From Acutalibacteraceae bacterium (GTDB lineage Bacteria; Bacillota; Clostridia; Oscillospirales; Acutalibacteraceae): 64,000 bases of DNA. The stretch is from positions 10,784-74,783 of the forward strand of contig JBJEOE010000022.1 in assembly GCA_051880555.1 (NCBI GenBank). The letters run 5' to 3'. The notes under the pieces are model-generated. The model was not told the origin of the DNA, did not search any database, and was given only the letters and a program-made list of their open reading frames with translations. How positions within the stretch are numbered: the stretch's first letter is position 1; every line of letters begins with the position of its first letter. Shown here one piece after another: positions 10,225 through 17,551 of the stretch. The position numbers were made by a program, and so were the translations under genes.

Positions 10225-11622
10225 TTATTTTTTATCGTTATCATCGAACAAGTCGCCGCATTCGGGACAGAATTTTGGCGGATTGTGCGGATCTTCCGGC
10301 TCCCATCCGCATTTGTCACAGCGGTAAAGCGGCGCACCCTCCGGCTTTCTTGCTCCGCAGTTTTGGCAGAACTTACCCTTGTTCACTGCTCCGCAGGAAC
10401 AAGCCCATCCATCCTCGGCAGGCTTAGGGCTGCCGCACTCGGGGCAGAACTTGCCTGTTGCCGCTGCACCGCATTTGCATTTCCAAGCACCGGACTGTAC
10501 AGGTTCCGGTTTCTTTGCACCGCACTCGGGGCAGAATTTTCCCGTAGCCGTTGCGCCACAGGCGCATTTCCAGCCATCGGCGTCAGGAGCAGAAGACGCG
10601 GTCTGCTGTGTCTGCTGCTGACCCATCGCAAACAGATTTTGTGCGTTCATACCGCCTGCATTCATCGCCATACCCATTCCGATGAATCCATTCATGGCAC
10701 CGCCCTCGTTAGAGGCTGCCGCCTTCATCGCGTCGGCCTGCGCACCCACCAGCGTAGCCGCCGCCATCGTAGGATCACGCATAATCGCCGTGCGCTGTGC
10801 CTGCTTGATCATTTCCGCATCTTCTTCCGGTAGTGTAACCGAACCGAGAGCGATACTGACAACCTGCAAGCCACGCAGCTCACCCCACTTGGCGGAAAGA
10901 GCAGCGTTCATGGCTTCTTCCAGTTCTGTGTTGTGAGATATGATCTGATTGGGGCGAAGCTCCAAATCCGACAGTCTGCCAAATGCCGGTTGCAATGCGC
11001 TGATAAACTCTGTTTTTAATTGACTGTCAATCTCGTCACGGGTATATTCCTGTTCCACATTACCGCATACATTGGTGTAAAACAAAATGGGGTTGGCAAT
11101 CTTGTAGGAATATACACCGGAGCAGCGAACGGATACATCGATATCTAAGCCGATTTTAGAGTCAACAACTCGGAACGGGATCGGGTTAGGAGTTCCGAAT
11201 TTGTTGTCAATCAGCTCTTTCGTATTAAAATAGTAGACACGCTGGTCCTTGCCGGTATCACCGCCGTATGCAAAACGCTTTCCGATGGCCTTGAAGGTGT
11301 CAAGGATGCTCTGTCCAAGAGAACCTGCGAAAATCGACGGTTCGGTGGAAGCGTCATATGTAAATTCGCCGGGTTCGGCACATACTTCAACGACTCTTCC
11401 TTGATCGACAATGATCATACATTGACCGTCAGCTACGGCAATGCCGGAGCCGTTGGAAATGATGTTGTCACTGCCTTTGGTGTTTGAGGAACGTCCGCTG
11501 ATGCGCTTTTGTCCTTTTGTCACCATAACTTCTTTATCCATTGCCTCGCAATAGAAAAACTCTTTCCATTGATCTGCCAGAACGCCGCCTACGGCGCCCA
11601 GCCCTGCTTTAATAAGCCCCAT
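10225..11622 (-). CDS. SPFH/band-7-like protein (YdjI-like, 'virion core protein'-type) with tandem C-terminal zinc ribbons
   Basis: N-terminus MGLIKAGLGAVGGVLADQWKEFFYCEAMD...ISNGSGIAVADGQCMIIVDQGRVVE. The C-terminus has three W-x-C-x-CG-x5-KFC-x-x-CG repeats plus a fourth variant. Confidence 0.75.
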   Translation of the reverse strand: MGLIKAGLGAVGGVLADQWKEFFYCEAMDKEVMVTKGQKRISGRSSNTKGSDNIISNGSGIAVADGQCMIIVDQGRVVEVCAEPGEFTYDASTEPSIFAGSLGQSILDTFKAIGKRFAYGGDTGKDQRVYYFNTKELIDNKFGTPNPIPFRVVDSKIGLDIDVSVRCSGVYSYKIANPILFYTNVCGNVEQEYTRDEIDSQLKTEFISALQPAFGRLSDLELRPNQIISHNTELEEAMNAALSAKWGELRGLQVVSIALGSVTLPEEDAEMIKQAQRTAIMRDPTMAAATLVGAQADAMKAAASNEGGAMNGFIGMGMAMNAGGMNAQNLFAMGQQQTQQTASSAPDADGWKCACGATATGKFCPECGAKKPEPVQSGAWKCKCGAAATGKFCPECGSPKPAEDGWACSCGAVNKGKFCQNCGARKPEGAPLYRCDKCGWEPEDPHNPPKFCPECGDLFDDNDKK

Positions 11623-11637
11623 AACCTTTTCTCCTTT

Positions 11638-11892
11638 TCATTGGTTTAAGTATTTATTTGCTTGGCATGCCGTTATTTCCAACAGCAAATACCACTTTTT
11701 TGTGCCATTATCCCCATCGTCCAGAATTAACTTGCCCGGATCAGTCGGTACTATAAATCTGTTATCAGCAAGCCGGGATGGGCTGACATTTATCTTTCTG
11801 CAATATTTGGGTGCGAACACTATATGGTACTGACACCTATACTTTGAGTGTGATGTGCTTTTGATTTCATTATTTCCTGTTTTCTTTATCAT
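11638..11892 (-). pseudogene. IS200/IS605-family TnpA (Y1 transposase) N-terminal remnant
   Basis: ...STSHSKYRCQYHIVFAPKYCRK matches the conserved TnpA N-terminus. The remaining ~50 codons do not look like TnpA, and the HUH / catalytic Tyr regions are absent. Confidence 0.55.
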
Positions 11893-12077
11893 TGTTTTTA
11901 ACCTCCTTGTATTTTGGTAATGCGGCTGTCAAACCATTTCCATTATACTTGGAGGTTGAATTTTTCTCCACTACTTTTCGTGGCTTGCTTTTAGCTCGCC
12001 ACTTTTTCTTTTTACTAAAGCGTTCTTTTTCCCCCGGTAGAACCGGAGGTTTTCATCTATTGCCGGACAAAGGAAAA

Positions 12078-12104
12078 GGCGGCAGCGGAAGCTCCGCTAC
12101 CGCC
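12078..12104 (-). terminator. Rho-independent terminator hairpin (paralogue of 17502-17528)
   Basis: ggcggcagcgga-agc-tccgctaccgcc stem-loop, followed on the minus strand by a T-rich tract. It lies 24 nt after the stop of the anchor remnant. Confidence 0.6.
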
Positions 12105-12127
12105 ATCCTTAAATGGTTATCTATCTG

Positions 12128-12421
12128 TTATTTCACAGATTTTCTTTTTTTAGTATCAACAGTAGTTGTCACAATGCCGAAGCCGCTGACGAACAGCAGA
12201 GCGATCCACAGCCACATCATGCTGTTATCGCCGGTCTGCGGAGACTGAAGATCAGCGGAAGACTTGTTGGTATCGTCAGGATTCGTAGTGGTTGTACCAA
12301 CATTGTACTCGCAGGTATAGCACTTGCCATCGTTGTTAGCGTCTGCGTGAGCAGCCTTGCTGTTCTCGATGATAACGCCACAACCTGCTACGCGTTTTCT
12401 CTTGTGATTTTCCTCCTGATT
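12128..12421 (-). pseudogene. C-terminal remnant of a sortase-anchored Cys/His-repeat surface protein (paralogue of 17552-20008)
   Basis: The open frame has no start codon. It reads ...VAGCGVIIENSKAAHADANNDGKCYTCEYNV...SPQTGDNSMMWLWIALLFVSGFGIVTTTVDTKKRKSVK. It shows about 75-80% nt similarity by eye to 17552-17665, including the 3' flank and terminator. Confidence 0.65.
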
Positions 12422-12949
12422 TTATTTTGAAGATTCAAATTCAATATTGTTTAGGATATTTTGCACCTGCGGAGATTCATAGATTGAAAGGTAATTGCCA
12501 TTTGCGGCGATTTCGTCAAACGGATACACAGAGAACAACACAAAGACGTTAAAGGTCTCGTCGGAATCGTCCAGTAAAATATAGCCGTAAATGCCGTCGT
12601 CGTCAGAATAGTAGCCCGTGTATTTTCCGAAAGCGGTCTCTTTGTAGATCTCATTTTCAGTTTTAGCGCTTTCCTGGGATTGGGCGTAGGCATCTTTTGA
12701 CTCGATGTACAGTGTCAGATCTGCCACATAGTTTTTTGCCTCGTTTTCAATGCGGACGAAATTGGGCTCGTTCTCGTCAAATTCCGTCACCTCGTCATCC
12801 GTGCCAAGATTGATATGAGCTTGATATTTCTTGTCATTCATATGCGTGAAATCGTATTTCAAATCGATCCCCGCGCCATTGGCTCCGTTGCAGGCTGCAA
12901 GGGAGAGGAGCATCATTCCCGCGATCAAAATTGCTAAAAATTTTTTCAT
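12422..12949 (-). CDS. Hypothetical lipoprotein
   Basis: MKKFLAILIAGMMLLSLAAC lipobox, followed by an acidic Asp/Glu/Tyr-rich mature part. No family recognised. Confidence 0.7.
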   Translation of the reverse strand: MKKFLAILIAGMMLLSLAACNGANGAGIDLKYDFTHMNDKKYQAHINLGTDDEVTEFDENEPNFVRIENEAKNYVADLTLYIESKDAYAQSQESAKTENEIYKETAFGKYTGYYSDDDGIYGYILLDDSDETFNVFVLFSVYPFDEIAANGNYLSIYESPQVQNILNNIEFESSK

Positions 12950-12968
12950 TTTTACACCATCTCTTTCG

Positions 12969-13853
12969 TTATTTATTCCATGCTTTTACTTCCGCTTCGT
13001 CAGCGCGCCTTGTATAAACGGAAAGTCCTCCCGTTTGTGCGTCCTCCATAGCGTTCATATTCTGCTGAATTTCGGCTTTCTTCTCGTCCGTAAGGCTGTC
13101 CCCGCCGTCTTTTGCGACCTTTACAGCGTCCATAGCATTTTTTACACCGGCAACCGTTGCCATAAAGTCGCGCTTTTCTTTCTTATTCATACCAAAGCTG
13201 AACAAGCCGTTTTCGTCGTCATGTACGCCGAAAATGGCATTGAAATGCGCGATGGCGCCATTTGTGTAATCCGTTTCGCTCTCTGAGGTGTGAAAAACAA
13301 CCTTGATTTCGCGCTTGACATACGGATGCGCTCTAAGGCCCTTTTGAGCCTTTCCCGGATCATTTTCAATCTGATCCAGTAGCCCCACAAGGCGGATCTT
13401 CACGCCCGATTCCTTAAAAGTTTCAGGCTTTCCCGCCTCTGTGGGCTTTTCGGTCTCCACATATTTCTCGTAGCTAAGCACTTGGTCATAGCGGAATAGT
13501 TCATGGTATTCCTTGCGCTGTGAGGTATCCCGGTCCATGATCTCGAACATCCCCACCTCGTCCGCAAAGGAGATGGCCTGCTTTCTGAACGCTGAGGGAT
13601 AGGTGTCCCTCCTGGCATCCGCAAAGCAAGTCTGATACAGTTTCTCCTGCCGCTTCATGTACTCGATATGCTCGCTCACTTCCTCCTTTGTCATTTCGGA
13701 AAGGCGCACGAACATACTGCACTTGCGTTTGCAGTCATTGCATACGAACTCTCCGCCTTTGATTTTCGTACGGTGCATAACGCCGCATTCGTTGCCGCAA
13801 AGCGTACACACCTGTTTGCCGAAGGTTTTCTTAAAAAAATCTCCTAAGCCCAT
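12969..13853 (-). CDS. Hypothetical protein with N-terminal C4 zinc ribbon (DUF4428-like)
   Basis: MGLGDFFKKTFGKQVCTLCGNECG...FVCNDCKRKC at the N-terminus. The remainder is an uncharacterised soluble domain. Confidence 0.65.
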   Translation of the reverse strand: MGLGDFFKKTFGKQVCTLCGNECGVMHRTKIKGGEFVCNDCKRKCSMFVRLSEMTKEEVSEHIEYMKRQEKLYQTCFADARRDTYPSAFRKQAISFADEVGMFEIMDRDTSQRKEYHELFRYDQVLSYEKYVETEKPTEAGKPETFKESGVKIRLVGLLDQIENDPGKAQKGLRAHPYVKREIKVVFHTSESETDYTNGAIAHFNAIFGVHDDENGLFSFGMNKKEKRDFMATVAGVKNAMDAVKVAKDGGDSLTDEKKAEIQQNMNAMEDAQTGGLSVYTRRADEAEVKAWNK

Positions 13854-13895
13854 CTTCTTATTTCCTCCTTGTGATTTTTTATTTCATAATTCTTT

Positions 13896-14360
13896 CTATG
13901 TAACGTTTTCATCTCGCTTTTCCGATTTGATACTTTCAATAATCATGCAGACATCGGGATCATCCAAAGAAATTCTTTCTCCATTGTTTTCGAGTAAAAG
14001 CATCACTTGAAATACTGCTTTATCTTCATAAGCTTCAAGCATAATATAGGGATACCCCATACTTGTGCATGTGTAACCGTACCACACATATCTGCCCATC
14101 TCAAAAGGTTCTATATCATTAACATTATCATAGAAATCTCTCGCCTGAAGATAAATTATATCTTCACCGTAATAGCATATTGTAATACCTACCTTACGGA
14201 ATACATCTGTTTCAAGTTCTATGTTTTTATAAATATGCACCTTTTCGGAAGTCTCTTTTCCGCCTGAGTCAATTCCCCTAAACAGTTTCCATCCCGCTGG
14301 GACACAAACGCTGATTACACCGTTTTTATATATCTGACTTTTCATATCCGTCACGCCCAT
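13896..14360 (-). CDS. Hypothetical protein
   Basis: 154-aa ORF packed tightly in a co-directional array; the alternative start is the ATG at 14345. No recognisable motif. Confidence 0.6.
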   Translation of the reverse strand: MGVTDMKSQIYKNGVISVCVPAGWKLFRGIDSGGKETSEKVHIYKNIELETDVFRKVGITICYYGEDIIYLQARDFYDNVNDIEPFEMGRYVWYGYTCTSMGYPYIMLEAYEDKAVFQVMLLLENNGERISLDDPDVCMIIESIKSEKRDENVT

Positions 14361-14950
14361 GGATTTTCACTTGCGGGCACTCTTATATCAGAAAGGCATT
14401 GAATGTCGTTTAAAAACCATTGCCCTGTAGACGGCTTTTTGCGAAGCTTTATAGACCTCATATTATCACCGCCACCGCTTTTAACCCAAAGAGTTGCCCA
14501 ATTTTCATTGTCAAACGAGTATGGATTTTCGTATATGGCTATGATATATGGTGTTGATGGCTTATATCCGTTTTCGGGAGTTGCGCCGTTAAAAAATGAG
14601 AAAGGCTTATAGGATTTCCCTTCAAGCCGTTCTTTGATAAACTGCTTTTCATATGTACTTACATTTTCAGGACCTTTGAGAAAATCAAGCATTTCAAATG
14701 TTGCATCACAATCCTCTTTATATCTGCAAAGTACAGCAAGAGTTAAAGCTGCTGTTTTGAACGGAGAATCAAGCGTCGATTCGGGCAGAGCCTGCAGTTC
14801 GCTCAAGTTTGTCGGCAGAGAGGAAAAGGTAAAGCTTTCAGAACGATTTTTGCCTTTTCCTATGGATTGAGCTACATCGGTTACTGCTTTTGTAGTCTCT
14901 TTTTTAATAGTGTTTCCTGCTGCTTTCATTAGCGAATCAAAAAATCCCAT
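14351..14950 (-). CDS. Hypothetical protein
   Basis: GGAGG lies 7 nt upstream of the ATG at 14950 (MGFFDSLMKAAGN...). Soluble, with no recognisable motif. Confidence 0.65.
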   Translation of the reverse strand: MGFFDSLMKAAGNTIKKETTKAVTDVAQSIGKGKNRSESFTFSSLPTNLSELQALPESTLDSPFKTAALTLAVLCRYKEDCDATFEMLDFLKGPENVSTYEKQFIKERLEGKSYKPFSFFNGATPENGYKPSTPYIIAIYENPYSFDNENWATLWVKSGGGDNMRSIKLRKKPSTGQWFLNDIQCLSDIRVPASENPWA

Positions 14951-14963
14951 AACATAACCTCCG

Positions 14964-15401
14964 TTAATCAATCTTTTTAAATTTCATTGTCATAAATGTG
15001 AAAAAACCGTTTTCGTCTATAGCCTTTGTCCACGAATCGTCTCCTATACCGGTATCATACCAAAGTTCGCCGTCTTTTTCTTCCCAAGCTATTGCTTTAT
15101 CGGACAGCATATCGTCAATAAGCATAAACTCTCCCGTGTCTATCACTTTTTTAAGCTCTGCTTTTGACACTCCGTCAGGTATAGGCATAAGGAAATACAG
15201 TTTGCCGTCATCACAAATTTTTACCTGCATGCCGATCGCTTTCTTTCTTTCGTTTATTTCATCAGCAACTGCTTCTTCGTCAGTTTCATCAATATAGGGC
15301 ATAGGTGATGCAAGATATTCATCACCGTTTAAGTAAATCATACCTTTTTCATCATCTTGCGTTCCTATAGAATTAAAAACCCATTTTCCGATATAGTTCA
15401 T
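14964..15401 (-). CDS. Hypothetical small acidic protein
   Basis: AGGAGG lies 7 nt upstream of the ATG at 15401 (MNYIGKWVFNS...). About 145 aa and strongly acidic. Confidence 0.65.
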   Translation of the reverse strand: MNYIGKWVFNSIGTQDDEKGMIYLNGDEYLASPMPYIDETDEEAVADEINERKKAIGMQVKICDDGKLYFLMPIPDGVSKAELKKVIDTGEFMLIDDMLSDKAIAWEEKDGELWYDTGIGDDSWTKAIDENGFFTFMTMKFKKID

Positions 15402-15631
15402 AACTAAACCTCCTGTTTGATTTGTATAATTCACAAATAACTTTCTCCTTTTCAAAAGACTTATTTCTATTAAGAATCGGCGATCGGAAAGTCATCAGAA
15501 CACAGTGCTAAACAGCAGTTCGTCATCCGTCAGTCTTTACATTAAAGGCTCTCTACTCCAATAGAGGGTCTCGCTCTCAAAACACCGAATATACGTTTTT
15601 TCACAATGTGTTCTTCCTGAGGTGCTTTCGA

Positions 15632-16284
15632 TTAGAAATTGCCCGGCACCGCCGCACCTCGCTCAAAAAGATTTAATAGCTCTTTCATCGCCTCCAAGGG
15701 CAGGAAATTATCCTGATTGTCATTGGCATAGATGCTTTCGCGAGAGGCATACCGTACATCAAGCTGCGCACCGTACTCATTCGGAAGGCCCGCCACGGTA
15801 TAGTTGTGGCCGTTGTACTGTGCAAGGCTGTAGATCGCGACGAGAATCTGCACCTCGCCCAAAAATTTTGGCTTACCCGAAAGGAGTGCGTCTCTCCTGT
15901 GTCTCTCACCTGATACATTCCCCGGACAGCACCGTTCTCCAACTTCGCATGAAGTTGGTATATATGGTTTCCCAATTTCCCAGGCTCGGCGATATCCATC
16001 GTGGAAAACCGGCAGTCGAAGGAAATGATCTGAGTCGATTCAATGCTCTTGGGTGCGTTCAGGTCGCTGTTGTCCGTAACACCGCCATCAATGGGGTCGT
16101 CGTCCTCGCTGTGGGGCGGATTGCACAAGTGCGGTCCGCCTTGTGCCTGATACACCATGCCGTCCTTGTCATACACCAAGGCAAAGAACTTAAAGTACAC
16201 AAGAATCCCCAACGCAAGCACGGCCAGAACCGCCAGCGTGATCGATAGTGCCAATATCATAGATTTTTTCACTCCTTTTCCCAC
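15632..16284 (-). pseudogene. Membrane-anchored hypothetical protein interrupted by a 1-nt frameshift in a homopolymer
   Basis: The protein-like translation of frame 16284-15870 (...GETHSFRVSQNF) continues in the 15632-15862 frame (LGEVQILVAIYSLAQYNGHNY...). One extra T in the minus-strand T5 run (plus-strand A5 at 15861-15865) would fuse them into about 217 aa. Confidence 0.6.
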
Positions 16285-16293
16285 CTCGCTTAT

Positions 16294-16445
16294 TTATATG
16301 CTGTCCACAACAGCCGCAAGGTAACTTTCGGTGGCGGAAGTAAAGCGGAAAGCGTAGACAAGTCCGTCCTTTTTCGCATTGTCTCCCTCACGGGAAATTT
16401 CGGGTGCTGAGTTTTCATTGTGCAGCATTACGAGTTTACGCGGAG
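16294..16445 (-). pseudogene. 3' remnant of a receiver-like gene (paralogue of 23458-23844)
   Basis: Translates as KLVMLHNENSAPEISREGDNAKKDGLVYAFRFTSATESYLAAVVDSI*. The intact copy reads KLVMLCDENSAPDIAREVANAKKDGLIDAFFYSSVTEKYLTAALASL*. No 5' part and no start codon. Confidence 0.65.
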
Positions 16446-16459
16446 AACTTCCTTACAAA

Positions 16460-17107
16460 TTATCTTTCGGGATAGAACAGCTCGCAAAATATTTCTTTGA
16501 TGTAACTGACAGATATTTCTTTTTTGATACTGTATATCTTAAATCCCAAGAGACCTCTGCCGGAAGGGATACCGTTGCTTGTATCGTCAAATTCAAATCC
16601 GACAAAACATGCCTCGTAAGTCTCCTTTTCATTTGTTTTTTTATATGTGCTTTTAATGCGCTTTACGGGTTTATTCATATATGTAACACCAAGATCCGTT
16701 ACCTCCTGACGAAAACATTCAAGCTTTTCACCGGAATTGCTCAGTTCTCCTTTATAGTAATACTCTACGAAATCTTCGCTTTGTACTCTATTCTCAAAAC
16801 ATACTACGCCAAAAACCTCTGCACTCCAAGACGAATCATCCGCCCGAAGCCATACTCTATCTCTCGCATTAAGTGCAGTCCCGGGCGCAACGGTAAAATA
16901 AGCGTCAACCGGTCTGTAAAGCGTTATCGGACATTTGTCTGTACCATACACCATATTAACTTTTTCAACAGTCTTCTGCCTGCGAACAAACTCCGGATCA
17001 GGCATACCTGTATATCTCGGATTTTCCTTTGCCTTGCAACATGTAAAGCGAAAAACGGCAATACTCGCCAGCATTAAAAAAACTGATGACAAAAAGATAA
17101 TTTTCAT
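16460..17107 (-). CDS. Hypothetical secreted/anchored protein
   Basis: 215 aa with an N-terminal hydrophobic signal/anchor MKIIFLSSVFLMLASIAVF. No family recognised. Confidence 0.65.
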   Translation of the reverse strand: MKIIFLSSVFLMLASIAVFRFTCCKAKENPRYTGMPDPEFVRRQKTVEKVNMVYGTDKCPITLYRPVDAYFTVAPGTALNARDRVWLRADDSSWSAEVFGVVCFENRVQSEDFVEYYYKGELSNSGEKLECFRQEVTDLGVTYMNKPVKRIKSTYKKTNEKETYEACFVGFEFDDTSNGIPSGRGLLGFKIYSIKKEISVSYIKEIFCELFYPER

Positions 17108-17327
17108 TCAAAGTCACCCGAACAATTATTTCACCGGTTATCTGCAAAACACTTATTGTTTTATAGGCTTCTTATCTAAGGAAACACCGATTGATTCAAT
17201 TTACAAATCCTGTTTGCATATTTTTCGCACTCGCCCTTGCAAAAAGCACGGGTCTTTTTTCGAAAGAGTTATGAAAGGAACCGCCCAATCCTATAAATTC
17301 TGTCTCCTTGCGATAACTTTACATATT

Positions 17328-17374
17328 TTATTACACGGATTTAAATCGTCCGGCACATCGTACTTTAGTGCAAA
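17328..17374 (-). promoter_or_regulatory. Putative activator-dependent promoter: conserved 22-nt motif + extended -10 (copy A)
   Basis: Minus strand reads TTTGCACTAAAGTACGATGTGC (17353-17374), then 17 nt, then TGTAATAA (17328-17335). The same motif and architecture recur at 23881-23925. Confidence 0.4.
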
Positions 17375-17456
17375 TTTTTCAGCTTCAAAGAAAAAAGTCC
17401 GCCTTTTCAGTTAGCACTTACTGTGCGAATTTTGGTTTATTTATTGTTTATTATGG
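17351..17456. repeat. Copy of the response-regulator 3' end / terminator / operator segment (paralogue of 23902-24003)
   Basis: About 85% identity by eye to 23902-24003. It includes ...tttatttattgtttatta, which corresponds to the last codons (INNK*) of the LuxR-type regulator gene. Confidence 0.75.
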
Positions 17457-17501
17457 TATCTCATCAAATTCTTTCCAAAGAAATCCTTTTCATAAGGGAA
17501 A

Positions 17502-17528
17502 GGCGGCAGCGGAAGCTCCGCCACCGCC
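17502..17528 (-). terminator. Rho-independent terminator of the cohesin-protein gene
   Basis: ggcggcagcgga-agc-tccgccaccgcc hairpin, 24 nt after the stop at 17552. The minus strand is T-rich downstream. Confidence 0.65.
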
Positions 17529-17551
17529 CACCTTAAATGGTCAGTTATCCG

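Noticed and set aside
9931-10833. 300-aa plus-strand ORF, His/Arg/Cys-rich
   Set aside because: It lies entirely antisense to the zinc-ribbon and SPFH genes. Its composition (RRHR, CC runs) is the typical shadow of GC-rich Cys/Gly codons, and it has no RBS.
12422-12424. Programmed stop-codon readthrough fusing the lipoprotein to the sortase-anchor stub
   Set aside because: There is no recoding signal, TAA is a strong stop, and the in-frame relationship has a one-in-three chance expectation. I kept it only as a low-interest note.
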